A DNA stretch of 64,000 nucleotides from Macrostomum lignano (Eukaryota), in NCBI GenBank assembly GCA_002269645.1, contig NIVC01000799.1, positions 1 through 64,000 of the forward strand. Reading direction: 5' to 3'. A model generated the notes under the pieces. The model was not told where the DNA came from, did no database searches, and saw only the letters and a program-made list of their open reading frames with translations. Made by a program: the position numbers and the translations under genes. Shown here piece by piece: positions 37,078-49,285 of this stretch. Position 1 is the first letter of the stretch; the number at the start of each line of letters is the position of its first letter.

Positions 37078-38796
37078 AGGGCACCTAATCTGCAGGAGTA
37101 CCAGAGCAAGGCTAAACAGCTGTTTCGCAGGCTCAATGTCTCCTCGCCTTCCCGATGCAGCCTGGAATCTGGGCCTTATATATTTCAGTGAGTTCAGCGC
37201 TTTTGGCGGTTATGATTATGCTTATGCTCGATTTTAATCACGATTATCAAACAAAAATAATCGGGAATGTCAGATTCTTTATGCCTGAAATATGTTGGTC
37301 AAGTGGGTGAATAAATAAATTGTTGAGCTAATTGACTGGAGAATACGTAAATAGTCAAATTAGCCGGTTGTTGATTGGGCGCAATCTCATTTAACGAGTG
37401 GATTGGTGAATGAGTGCACTCTTATTAAACAAGTGGGTTGATGAATGAGTGCACTCTTATTAAACAAGTGGATTGGTGAATGAGTGCACTCTTATTAAAC
37501 AAGTGGATTGGTGAATGAGTGCACTCTTATTAAACAAGTGGTTTGGTGAATGAGTGCACTCTTATTAAATAAGTGGATTGGTGAATCAGTGCACTCTTAT
37601 TAAACAAGTGGATTGGTGAATGAGTGCACTCTTATTAAACAAGTGGATTGGTGAATGAGTGCACTCTTATTAAACAAGTGGGTTGGTGAATGAGTGCACT
37701 CTTATTAAACAAGTGGGTTGATGAATGAGTGCACTCTTATTAAACAAGTGGGTTGGTGAATGAGTGCACTCTTATTAAATAAGTGGATTGGTGAATGAGT
37801 GCACTCTTATTAAATAAGTGGATTGGTGAAAGAGTGCACTCTTATTAAACAAGTGGATTGGTGAATGAGTGCACTCTTATTAAATAAGTGGATTGGTGAA
37901 TGAGTGCACTCTTATTAAATAAGTGGATTGGTGAATGAGTGCACTCTTATTAAACAAGTGGATTGGTGAATGAGTGCACTCTTATTAAACAAGTGGATTG
38001 GTGAATGAGTGCACTCTTATTAAACAAGTGGATTGGTGAATGAGTGCACTCTTATTAAACAAGTGGTTTGGTGAATGAGTGCACTCTTATTAAATAAGTG
38101 GATTGGTGAATGAGTGCACTCTTATTAAACAAGTGGATTGGTGAATGAGTGCACTCTTATTAAACAAGTGGATTGGTGAATGAGTGCACTCTTATTAAAC
38201 AAGTGGTTTGGTGAATGAGTGCACTCTTATTAAATAAGTGGATTGGTGAATGAGTGCACTCTTATTAAACAAGTGGATTGGGGAATGAGTGCACTCTTAT
38301 TACACTGTCGATCGCCCCCTCCCTGTCCAGCTACCTAATGGATCGCGGTATCTGCTATCTGATCCTAGTCGAGAAGAACTTCTCAAAGCGCTTGGCATTC
38401 GCCTTCTTAGACGACATTCAGGCTGAGTTCGTTAACCAGTACGGAGCGAAGGTGGAGTCGGTGACCCGGCCCTATCATTTCATCGAGTTTGAGCAGTACA
38501 TCAAGAAGGCCAGGAAAAACTACACAGACAGCAGAGCCTCGCGAAATCTCAGCCAGATTGGCGTGGAACTGCAGGACGTTCAACGAATCATGGTTGAGAA
38601 CATGGACGAAGTGCTGGCTAGAGGCGAATCGCTGACCGCCCTTGACGACAAGGCCAGCCATCTGTCCTCGCTGTCTAAGAAATATCGCGACGACGCAGCT
38701 TATTTAAATTTGCGCTCAGTATACGCCAAATACGCCGTGTTTTGCATTGTACTGCTGCTGCTGTTCGCTTACGTCTACTTCAAGTTCCTGTGGTAG
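37078..38796 (+). CDS. SEC22B: Vesicle-trafficking R-SNARE SEC22B; exons 37078-37187 and 38331-38796 (N-terminal exon not located)
   Basis: Exon [38 protein letters not shown]|GTGAGT joins CCAG|C TAC (His-Tyr). It continues [12 protein letters not shown]...RPYHFIEF...[21 protein letters not shown]...[13 protein letters not shown] plus a C-terminal TM. Longin + SNARE + TM architecture matches SEC22B. Confidence 0.92.
37398..38300. repeat. 35-bp intronic minisatellite (GTGGATTGGTGAATGAGTGCACTCTTATTAAACAA)n in the SEC22B intron
   Basis: About 26 nearly identical copies, each with an internal GAGTGCACTC palindrome; no spacers. Confidence 0.97.
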
Positions 38797-38978
38797 ACTA
38801 CTGAAATTATATACTACTGGTGTACTCTCTGTTTTCGGCGATTTAAACAGCCCAATTTACTTTGTTTGCTGCCGGAACAGACCCTGTCGCTTTTGATTTT
38901 TATGTTTGTGTTTATTCTTTGTCTTTTTGTCACCAATGATCGCTAGAAGTAGGACGGGGCATTTTATTTAACGGGAAA

Positions 38979-39093
38979 CCTAGGGATTCACCCGGCTGTT
39001 TCTATTGGCAATACGCGTGTAAGTCACTATTGGCTGAGAGCAGTCACGTGACTACTATTCTGTTCAATAGAAACTACCGGGTGATTCCCAAGG
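38979..39093. mobile_element. ~115-bp MITE with ~29-bp imperfect TIRs; related internal sequence at ~44540-44655
   Basis: CCTAGGGATTCACCCGGCTGTTTCTATTG / CAATAGAAACTACCGGGTGATTCCCAAGG. The core TATTGGCTGAGAGCAGTCACGTGAC is shared with ~44590. Confidence 0.65.
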
Positions 39094-39138
39094 CTCACCT
39101 CCGAATTCTGAAGAATCGCTATCTATAGCGCGACTCTT

Positions 39139-39460
39139 GTGACTTTTTAACGACTCAAACGACCGTGCAATGCGACGTAGAGGCGACTGTTGAGTTGCGC
39201 ATGACGTAAATTGCAGAGTCGTCCAAGAGTCGTTGTGTTGGCGCTTAACGTTCTACTAACTCTCAAACTCGACAGTCGCAAGTCGCATTGTCAGCAGTCG
39301 CAAACAATAAAACGGCTCAAATAGAATCTAACGCGACTTTTTGGAAACTTGTATTGTAACATCTCGTCGTTTTAGAGTCGTCTAGAGTCACTTCTGTCCT
39401 ATTTTACCTGTGTTACCTGCAATTACTCTGGGATGCTTTTTGGTCTAGGTACCATTTTCA
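39139..39460. mobile_element. MITE-like dispersed repeat with ~25-bp inverted ends (39139-39390); related copy at ~42920-43060
   Basis: GTGACTTTTTAACGACTCAAACGAC versus GTCGTTTAGAGTCGTCTAGAGTCAC. The right end plus flank (TTTAGAGTC.TCTAGAGTCACTTCT.TCCTATTTTAC...GTTACCTGCAA) recurs at ~42965. Confidence 0.55.
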
Positions 39461-40249
39461 ACGTGGATTTGCGACATATTTTCAACAAAATTTTTCAAGT
39501 ACAGTAAACAATTCGAAGTTGATGAAGTTCTATTTCACTAAAGTGCTAGTGTACTTTCCAAGAAAAACTTAAGCCGTCAAAAGTTCTAAGAAACAATGTG
39601 TCTCATATTACTTCTGTAGCGATCGTTGGCTGTCAACCCGAGCACCGTCTGTTTTACCCAGCTGAAAGATTGGCTGGCTGCCTTAATAATGAGTTGCAGT
39701 ACAGTTTTCCAATGGCCCCATATTTTGGCTTCCCCCATTAATAAACTTTGCTATCTTTTTTGCGGTTATTGGTCAAACTTTATCAACACTGTATGCGAGA
39801 GCTGCCTATTTATAACCGTAAATATTGTTTGTTAAATGGAGTTTCTATCTTATTTGTCGTCATTAACTTTCTGTTTGTGTGTTTTTTGTTGCTTTTTTGC
39901 CTTTGATAATACTATTGATCTGTTATTGCACTATTAGAGCTGCTTGCGCCTGAGCAGATATAGGTCTCAAGCGATTGAGAGGGATGAGCCTTGTCTGAAA
40001 TTAGTTATTTATTTGAAAATTTAATATACAGATGCAGAAGCAATAGCCAGTTGGTTCGGCGTTTGGTAATGTTGTTCAGTGTTGCAGAATTTGCTTTTGT
40101 TTAATTTAAAAAAAAGTAGAATTAGACTTTTTAGCGCCCTTGAAGCTACAGTTAATTTAAAGTAGTGAGCCCAGCCAGTATTTCTTTGTCTTAGGATTTC
40201 TATTTCATTCCGACAGTAGTATATACTCCTTTATGTTAGGGGGAGGGGG

Positions 40250-40405
40250 GGGGCTGCGAGCGGCCCAGGCTCGGTTCCAGGCTCACAGTCACATTAATTT
40301 GGTGCTATATTCGAATCTCGGCTTGGCTCTGCTCGTGCAATTAACGGCCTTGAGGGCCAAACCCCAGTCACAGTGAAGTGTACATACCTACTAATGAGTA
40401 GAAAG
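40250..40405 (+). mobile_element. SINE family B, 5'-truncated copy
   Basis: GCGGCCCAGGCTCG.TTCC...CAGTCACATTAATTTGG...AATCTCGGCTTGGCTCTGCTCGTGCAATTAACGGCCTTGA...CACAGTGAAGTGTACAT is shared with 54010-54200. Confidence 0.75.
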
Positions 40406-40544
40406 AGAAGAATATGCCAGACTTATTTCCTTGTGTATCAACAGCTATAAATGTTCATAGGCGCTACCCTGACTTGTAGTTATTGTTTCTATTCCTAACC
40501 ATGTCTCTGTCTCTGGTCACGAGACCGTGCCAACTCGTAATGTT

Positions 40545-40730
40545 TCGCAATTAGCTTAGTAGGGGCTAGTAGGTTAGTGGCGACTGAAAGGTCGGGGGTT
40601 CGATTCTCGCCCCACTCGCAAAAAAATTGTGTTCTTAAGCAAGACACTTGACTCTCCGCATTGCTTTAGAGCTGTTGGTTGCACATCTGCCCTTTAGTGC
40701 AGGTGTAATCAATTATTATTATTAATTATT
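40545..40730 (+). mobile_element. tRNA-derived SINE family A copy, just upstream of the kinase gene
   Basis: A-box-like TAGCTTAGTAGG, B-box GGTTCGATTC, TTGTGTTCTTAAGCAAGACACTTGACTC, and 3' GTTGCACATCTGCCC...(ATT)n; homologous to 49286-49620. Confidence 0.75.
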
Positions 40731-40812
40731 GCGCAATGGTAAACGTGTCCCATGCTTAAGAGACTCGAATTACCGCTGGGAGGCTGCGGACCAGGTGTTT
40801 AGCTAATTAGCT

Positions 40813-43800
40813 ATGAAGGGCTTCCTGTCTCGTCTGGGCGGCCCGCCAGCGGCCTCCTCAGCATCGGACAGCGACAGCGGCGGCTTCGCTGGCCGGCAGT
40901 TCAGCTTGTCCCGACACCAAGTTGTTGTTGAAGAGAAACTGGCCGAAGGCGGCTTTGCCTTGGTGTTCCGAGTGCGCAGTCAGCTGGACGGTCGGGTGTA
41001 CGCTTTGAAGCGAATGTGCGTCAACGATGAACAGGCGATGCAAGTCTGCATGCTGGAGGTGTCACTGGTGGTGAGTATTACCTGTATCGTATCTGATATT
41101 TGCATCAGCTCAGCCTGATCTCAACAATAGTTAACCACCTGATGATCCTTGATTTTTCAGCGCTCCATCACGCATAAAAATGTGGTCAGATACGTTGACC
41201 ACGCCGTGCACCAGCTGCCCAATGGAGTTCGCGAAATTCTTCTGCTCATGGTCTACTATAGGCGTGAGTCATGAACAGAAATTCTTAAACTATTCATCTT
41301 CAAGCCTGATTTCGAAATCTCTAGAATTACAACCCGAGCTCTGGAAACCACGTCCTATTTCCAAGACATCGAATCTCAGAATGCACATCCCTTCGCCAAG
41401 TACCAGAATCCCAGAATGCACATCATTTCCCTAAAGAAACAGAATCCCAGAATGCACATCATTTCCCCAAAGAAACAGAATCTCAGAATGCACATCCCTT
41501 CGCCAAGAACCAGAATCCCAGAATGCACATCATTTCCCCAAAGAACCAGAATCCCAGAATGCACATCCCTTCCCCAAAGAACCAGAATCCCAGAATGCAC
41601 ATTATTTCCCCAAAGAACCAGAATCCCAGAATGCACATCCCTTCGCCAAGAGCTTGAATACCAAATCCAAAACCGCAGCCCAATCCTGAGAACTCAAATC
41701 TAACGTCCGTTTTACAATGTCTGGAGATGAAACCTAAACAGCACCCGTTTTTTAACCTCAGCCGCCTGTCCATCTCTCCATGCAGGCAGCCTGTCGGATC
41801 TGCTCAACCGTTGCGCTCAGTCAGGCCGTCAGCTGCCCGATCAGCAGGTGCTGCGCATCTTTGCCGACATTTGCTCCGCCGTGGCGCAGCTGCACCTCCG
41901 CCGGCCACCTGTGCAGCACCGCGATCTGAAAGCCGAGAACGTGCTGGCCGCTTCAGATGATCCGACTGCGCCTTCGTGCTGTGCGATTTCGGCAGCGCCA
42001 GTGAGCGGCCTCTGCAAACCTCCGCGATGGGCGTCGCTCGCGTAGAGGAAGAGATTAAAAAATACACTACGCTGTCCTACCGCAGCCCCGAGATGATCAA
42101 CCTGTACTCTGGTCTGCCTATCGATACCAAGTCCGATATCTGGGCGCTGGGCTGCCTGCTGTACCGCCTGGCCTATCTGGGCCTGCCATTCGGAGAGAGC
42201 TCGCTGGCCATCAGCTCGGCCAAGCTGTGCCTGCCGGACAGTCCGGCCCGTCCGACAGGTCTACGCCGTCTCATTGGCTACGCGCTTCGGCCGGAGCCGG
42301 GCGACAGGCCGGACATCCGGCAGCTGAGTGGTCTGGCATGCCGGCTGGCCGGGAGACAGTGCGACATCCCGGCTGGCACTGAGGTTGGTGTTCAGGCCTC
42401 TTCATATTGTGGTGTTTACTAGCACTGAGGCCCTTTTGTCATATTGTGGTGTTTTCTGGAGCTGAGGTCTCGTGTCATATTGTGGTGTTTTCTGGCGCTG
42501 AGGTCTCGTGTCATATTGTGGTGTTTTCTGGCGCTGAGGTCTCGTGTCATATTGTGGTGTTTTCTGGCGCTGAGGTCTCGTGTCATATTGTGGTGTTTTC
42601 TGGCGCTGAGGTCTCTTGCCTGTTAATAGCGTTATTAAATGTAAAAGATAATCTAGGCAAGTTCCCGAGTCGTTCGGATTGTGAATGTTGAACTAAGTAG
42701 TGAATAGTCAAGCTAAGCGTCAACATCCAGTTGCCTGTGTGAGACTATTGAGAAAATGAATCGAATCATTCATAATCATGCAAGCTGTACAGATGAGAAT
42801 CATTGATTCTGACACAGATGGTCCAACCCGTTGAAAACTTTACCCTGACATGAATCGCTAAAGAGTCACCTCAAACAATTCACTAGTGACCTTAGCGCTC
42901 TGGGGCACAAGAGTGATTTTTGACGACTTAATTCGACAGTAATACAACGGGAGGTGACACCTTGTCGTTTTAGAGTCATCTAGAGTCACTTCTTTCCTAT
43001 TTTACACTGTTACCTGCAACGGCTCTGAAACGCTTCTTGGCCTTAGGTACCGTTTTCACCTGGCAATGCAGCCAGTTGCGTGCGTTAATTTCTCCATTCC
43101 AGTCGGCTGAACTTCCTCAGCTGGATTCGCTACCCTTGCCGCCGTCTGAGTCTGAAGTACGAGAGGCGTCCGCCTTAAGAAAGTCGCCAAGTTCTAGGTG
43201 AGCTGCGTTACAATGCTATGTTGATTTCGATGTTCTGTGAGGGAAAATAGATGTGAATAAGAAAAGTGCATATTTTCCCCATCCTCCCCAGTCAACTGCA
43301 GAGCCAGCCGAATCAATTACAACCAGTCGGCGTTGCCCGCGCCAGCTCCGTGTCCTTGAAGCCCGCCGCCGGATCGACAGCGCCGTCCTGCGCCAGGCAG
43401 CGGCCTCGCCCCGGCAATGCCGGTCTGCAAACACCGCCGCTGCCTCCTCCGCAGCAACAGCAGCCGCCGCCACACCATCCGACTGTCGACCTCCTGTCAG
43501 TCGGCGGCGCCAATCCGCTGATCAGACACCGACGATTAGTGAGCGACACCTCGGCGCTGATGCTCCGTCCGCCGACCGCTGGCCCGGCGTCCTCGGCCTC
43601 GCCGCTGTTCGGCAACCCGGCCCAGCCAGCCGCCGACTGGCAGACCCGTCAACGCGTGGTGTCGCTTGAGAAGCTGTCGACGCCGGCGACTGCCCCGCCT
43701 ACCGACCTGCTCGTGGATTTGGACGCTCCTTCGTCCACAGATGCGTCCGGTGGAGTCTCGGCGCATCGCAACAGCAGCGCCAGCGGCTGGGCGGCCGATG

Positions 43801-45427
43801 CTGGCCTGTTCGCCACGCCTTCGCCAGCCGCGGCTCCGTTAGAGGATTCGGCGTTTGGCGACGAGTTCGACAAGATCCGGAGCGCCGGCTCGATGACCAG
43901 TGAGGATTAGCGGCTAGCGCAGTTGGGGTCCACTGCATCTGACTGACCCCATCTGACTGCCCCCCATCTGACTGCCCCCATCTGACTACCCCCCATCTGA
44001 CTGCCCCCCATCTGACTGCCCCCCATCTGACTGCCCCATCTGACTGCCCCCTATTTGACTGCCCCCATCCGACTGCCCCCTATCTGACTGCCCCCCATCT
44101 GACTGCCCCCATCTGACTGCCCCCCATCTGACTGCCCCCATCCGACTGCCCCCCATCTGACTGCCCCCTATCTGACTGCCCCCGTCTGACTGCCCCATCT
44201 GACTGCCCCCATCTGACTGTCCCCTATCTGACTGCCCCCCATCTGACTGCCCCCCATCTGACTGCCCCCTATCTGACTGCCCCCATCTGACTGCCCCCTA
44301 TCTGACTGCCCCCATCTGACTGCCCCCTATCTGACTGCCCCCATCTGACTGCCCCCCATCTGACTGCCCCCTATCTGACTGCCCCCATCTGACTGCCCCC
44401 TATCTGACTGCCCCCATCTGACTGCCCCCCATTTGACTGCCCCCATCTGACTGCCCCCATCCGACTGCCCCCCATCTGACTGATCCCCATCTGACTGACC
44501 CCCGCCTGACTGCTAACCCTAACCCTAACCCTAATCTACTGGCAATATTCGCACACACATACACACACACACACACGCTCGTAAGTTGCTATTGGCTGAG
44601 AGCAGTCACGTGACAACTGTTTTGTCTAAATGTGTGTGCTGCCAATAGAAACAGTGCTTGTATGTATATTTCCTCTTTTAAAATCTACGCAGATGTCTCG
44701 GTGCCAAAGCAGCCGCAGCCTCAAATACAGACTCCATCATCGTCTCAGCCTCAACCACCGCCTCAACCTCAGCCGGTTAGACCACCAACAGCCGCCGTGA
44801 AACCAGCTGTGATGACGTCATATGGAGCCCACGCTGCGTCAAGGCGTGAGTCTTCGATATGATTTTAATTTCTTGGTTCTACATCTCTGCTGTGATTGGT
44901 TAGCTGTGTGTATCTCTGTTCTGATTGGTTGGCTGTGTATCTCTGTTCTGATTGGTTGGCTGTGTGTATCTCTGTTCTGGTTGGTTGGCTGTGTGTATCT
45001 CTGTTCTGATTGGTTGGCTGTGTGTATCTCTGTTCTGATTGGTTGGCTGTGTGTATCTCTGTTCTGATTGGTTGGTCGTGTATCTCTGTTCTGATTGGTT
45101 GGCTGTGTATCTCTGTTCTGATTGGTTGGCTGTGTATCTCTGTTCTGATTGGTTGGCTGTGTGTATCTCTGTTCCGATTGGTTTGTCGTGTATCTCTGTT
45201 CTGATTGGTTGGCTGTGTATCTCTGTTCTGATTGGTTGGCTATGAATCTCCGATCAGGCATACTAGCGTGTTTTATTAATTTTGCAGCCATGGCCATGCG
45301 ACCGCCGGTTATGAATGCTAGCGGGTGGCCGCCACCGCAGCAGCAACAACAGCAGCAGCATTGGAGCGGCCCCAGTCCCAAGCATCCCAGTCAACTGATG
45401 AATCAACAGGTTTTCTGGCCAAACTAA
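40813..45427 (+). CDS. NAK-family (AAK1/BMP2K-like) Ser/Thr kinase; exons 40813-41070, 41161-41263, 41786-42383, 43103-43197, 43292-43899, 44693-44845, 45288-45427; 1-nt frameshift near 41970
   Basis: LAEGGFALVF, YALKRM, HRDLKAENVL, LCDFGSA, TTLSYRSPEM, KSDIWALGCLLY are NAK-family motifs. All junctions are GT-AG and phase-compatible. The exons sum to 1955 nt, one short of 652 codons. Confidence 0.85.
41370..41650. repeat. ~36-bp intronic minisatellite (CCAGAATCCCAGAATGCACATCATTTCCCCAAAGAA)n
   Basis: About 7 copies in kinase intron 2. Confidence 0.92.
42410..42615. repeat. 36-bp intronic minisatellite (TCATATTGTGGTGTTTTCTGGCGCTGAGGTCTCGTG)n
   Basis: About 5-6 copies just after the exon 3 donor. 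Confidence 0.92.
43940..44505. repeat. 15-16-bp intronic minisatellite (CCCCATCTGACTGCC)n
   Basis: About 36 copies, followed by (CTAACC)3 and (CA)n. Confidence 0.95.
44885..45243. repeat. 27-29-bp intronic minisatellite (TGTATCTCTGTTCTGATTGGTTGGCTG)n
   Basis: About 13 copies in the last kinase intron. Confidence 0.93.
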
Positions 45428-47029
45428 TCTTCTTTTCGAAGTTCTTTAATTTGATTAAATTAATGTGAAACATGTGAAACTCTATTAATGTGAAATTCGA
45501 ATATTATCGATTATCTATGCATATTTTAGATTATTGGCTGTGAAAATTTCATAGACAATGTTCTATCTAGATATATTTTTAATTTTTAATTTAAGTATGC
45601 ATAATAATATGGGATAAATGTCGGAGTGTCAGCGCGTCTGACCAAGTGGCCTGACTGACGATGAACTAATTTGCCGATCAGTTAATCATCTATGCAATAT
45701 CATTTCTAGAATTGACAATCCCTCGCAAACTCAGAAATCTGTTTGTACAAATCGGATATTTGTGTTGTTTTTTCTTAATTGTTGGCAAATTATTGAATAA
45801 TTCACAAAGAGTACTTGAAGTTTATATTTCTACAAACAAGCTAATATTGCTTCCAGTCCAGGACCTTTGCACTTTTAATCTGTTTTGCTGTTGTAGGAAA
45901 TAAGTATATATAAATAGATTTGTTTTTTCGATTATTTATTATAATAAGAGCTTGCTAATTTGCTTCCGCTCTACTGACAGTAGCACTCAAGCTTATATGC
46001 GTATTTTGCTAGACTATTCAAATTCAAATTGGCTCTGTTTATTGTCTTTATCTTAACAGCAAATTTTGCAATCAGTTTATAGATACGTTTTGTTTATTTC
46101 CAAGCTTCTTTTTCTAACTTTGTACCGTTTGTTTTTCGCGCGTCTCGGTTAATACCAGAGATATCAGAATAACAAGATACCACTTAGGCATAGAATACTA
46201 GTAAAACAGCTTTCTACTTCCAGTTCAGCAGCAAAGAAGAATACAATAGTAGTACTTGCTAATTGGTTCAGTCATAATGTACATTAGCCAGCGCCACTGG
46301 AATGTACATTAGGAAAGGCAATAAAAATTGGGCTGCCCGGCGGGGTGGTAAAGGTTCTGTTTGGAAAAGCGCGGTTTAAGCTGAGGGTGCTAAGAGCCAG
46401 TAAATATAAGCATAGTCTAAAAATACATTAAAATGCTTCTGTTTAACTTACTACTGAACAGAAAGTAGCTTACACGCAAATGTGCTTAGTGGCTTATCTA
46501 GTTATTCTGGTATCTGTGGTTAAGACCAGTTTAACATTTGATTCATATCATAATAAGTCGATTTTAATTATTGTTAATTATAATCAGGATTATTATAATT
46601 TTCTCTTATCTAGCGTCTAGCCCGGTCTGTAATCAGCTCAAGTGTTGCCAGCAATACTTATCGTCTGAGCTGTTTGTGAAATTTAATTGGCTTAATAATT
46701 ATTGATTAATAGATTTTTCTCTACTCTTTATACCATTGTTAGCCGTTTGCACCTGATCAATTTGTACTGCTTATTTTCAAGCTTTACTTAATTTCGAGGG
46801 TAAGTGAACAAATTCGCAGTTTCAAACTCGAAATCAAAGAAAAAATTAATTTATTCAAACTTAATATAGCATAATAGTCACATAACTTTATGCATCGAGT
46901 TTTTAAGCTGATGCATTGGCTGATAACTAAGAGCCTTGCACTGAGCCATGCAAATACATTTAATAAAGTCTATTGTATCTCACAGCTATTCATCTCAATG
47001 AGAGTCGTCTCGCTTCTAAGCAGTACTGG

Positions 47030-48420
47030 GCTGAAGAATCTCATAGGTTTCTGTCTAAAGAATGTCATAGATCCTTGTCCAGAGAATCTCGTAGGTTATT
47101 GTATGAAGAATCTCATAGGCTCTTGTATAGAGAATCTCATAGGTTATTGTATGGAGAATCTCATACGCTCTTGTCTGGAGAATCTCAGGCTCTTGTATGC
47201 AAAATCTCATACGCTCTTGTCTGGAGAATCTCAGGCTCTTGTATGCAAAATCTCATACGCTCTTGTCTGGAGAATTTCAGGCTCTTATATGCAGAATCTC
47301 ATAGGCTCTTGTATGGAAAATCTCATAGGCCCTTGTTATGGAGAATCTCAGGTTTTCGTATGGGGAATCCGAATCTCGTATCGTAGGCTCTTGTATGGAG
47401 AATCTCGTAGGTTCTTGTCCAGAGAGTCTCGTAGGTTCTTGTCCAGAGAGTCTCGTAGGTTCTTGTCCAGTGAGTCTCGTAGGTTCTTGTCCAGAGAGTC
47501 TCGTAGGTTCTTGTCCAGTGAGTCTCGTAGGTTCTTGTCCAGAGAATCTCGAGGTTCTTGTCCAGTGAGTCTCGTAGGTTCTTGTCCAGAGAGTCTCGTA
47601 GGTTCTTGTCCAGAGAGTCTCGTAGGTTCTTGTCCAGAGAGTCTCGTAGGTTCTTGTCCAGAGAATCTCGAGGTTCTTGTCCAGAGAGTCTCGTAGGTTC
47701 TTGTCCAGAGAGTCTCGTAGGTTCTTGTCCAGAGAGTCTCGTAGGTTCTTGTCCAGAGAGTCTCGTAGGTTCTTGTCCAGTGAGTCTCGTAGGTTCTTGT
47801 CCAGAGAGTCTCGTAGGTTCTTGTCCAGAGAGTCTCGTAGGTTCTTGTCCAGAGAGTCTCGTAGGTTCTTGTCCAGTGAGTCTCGTAGGTTCTTGTCCAG
47901 AGAGTCTCGTAGGCTCTTGTATGGAGAATCTCGTAGGTTCTTGTCCAGAGAGTCTCGTAGGTTCTTGTCCAGAGAGTCTCGTAGGTTCTTGTCCAGTGAG
48001 TCTCGTAGGTTCTTGTCCAGTGAGTCTCGTAGGTTCTTGTCCAGTGAGTCTCGTAGGTTCTTGTCCAGAGAGTCTCGTAGGTTCTTGTCCAGAGAATCTC
48101 GTAGGTTCTTGTCCAGAGAGTCTCGTAGGTTCTTGTCCAGAGAGTCTCGTAGGTTCTTGTCCAGAGAATCTCGTAGGTTCTTGTCCAGTGAGTCTCGTAG
48201 GTTCTTGTCCAGTGAGTCTCGTAGGTTCTTGTCCAGAGAATCTCGTAGGTTCTTGTCCAGTGAGTCTCGTAGGTTCTTGTCCAGAGAATCTCGTAGGTTC
48301 TTGTCCAGAGAGTCTCGTAGGTTCTTGTCCAGAGAATCTCGTAGGTTCTTGTCCAGAGAGTCTCGTAGGTTCTTGTCCAGGGAGTCTCGTAGGTTCTTGT
48401 CCAGAGAGTCTCGTAGATTC
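47030..48420. repeat. 24-bp minisatellite (GTAGGTTCTTGTCCAGAGAGTCTC)n with a diverged 5' part
   Basis: Homogeneous from ~47400 to 48420; AT-richer diverged copies at 47030-47400. Confidence 0.96.
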
Positions 48421-49285
48421 TTTTCTGGATCGCCAGTTTAGGAAATTAAGCGTTTATATAAGTATGAAAAAAACATTAAGGTCGTTTAATTGATTTCATT
48501 GTGATGGACCACCCTGCATACTCGGATATCTAGAAAATGGTGAGGGCTAACGGGTTAAAAAGGGCTAAACGTTATCTTATCTCTAATAGAGCCGTGTCCT
48601 GACCAGATAAGATTTCTCCAAGCATCAGATAAGCCAACTTGCGTCTGCCTCAGATAAGATAAAATATTACACTTTAATTTACATGTACGTGTGCAACATT
48701 TGTTCGTTTCCAGTTCTAATTCTGTACGCTAAATTATGCTACTGAATATTGTCCATCCTGCTTAGTAGTTAGGATATCAGCATTATGTTCATAAAAATGA
48801 GAGAATACAATGCCGTGATCTCTGGAAGCATTACATGGGATTGTTTAGAGTTTAACTCAATGATGCTCTTTAAGTGTTGCCGTTGGTCTACCTCGTCCTG
48901 TCTTAACATGCCGAGACCTGCAGACGCTGCCAGACTCGCTTGAACAGCAAATTGATTTAACCGTGAGGTGGGAACCATTAAAAATTTCTTTTTGTCAACT
49001 TTTCCGCTTATTTCCTTAGGGTTTAATGTGCAATTTTTATGGTTCTTTCTTGCTTTGTTTAACAGTTTTAATAAAAAGGTCCAAATATTAATTTTGAACA
49101 ACAATTTCGAGGATAACCAGTCCCAAATACAGGTATTTTAAATCCCGGGATTAGAAGCAAACCCCCCCCCCCCCGAGAGGCAGAGGATTCCGGCATCCCG
49201 ATATTTTATTCCCTAATTCTATACGCCCTTATTCTATACGCCCTTATTCTATACGCCCTTATTCTATACGCCCTTAAATGTAAAT

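Noticed and set aside
37398-38300. 35-bp repeat with an internal palindrome, CRISPR-like in unit length
   Set aside because: The units are directly adjacent with no unique spacers, there are no cas genes, and it lies in a spliceosomal intron of SEC22B.
38278-38330. GTG start [17 protein letters not shown] for SEC22B
   Set aside because: This is intronic repeat plus the polypyrimidine tract; the real upstream exon is 37078-37187.
44512-44533. (CTAACC)3 telomere-like repeat, and degenerate TTAGG runs at ~26915-26970
   Set aside because: Too short and internal; probably parts of small repeats rather than a telomere or fusion site.
47558-48493. 311-aa SLVGSCPE and 254-aa SRRFLSRE ORFs
   Set aside because: The 24-bp unit is a multiple of 3 and lacks stops; there is no evidence of coding.
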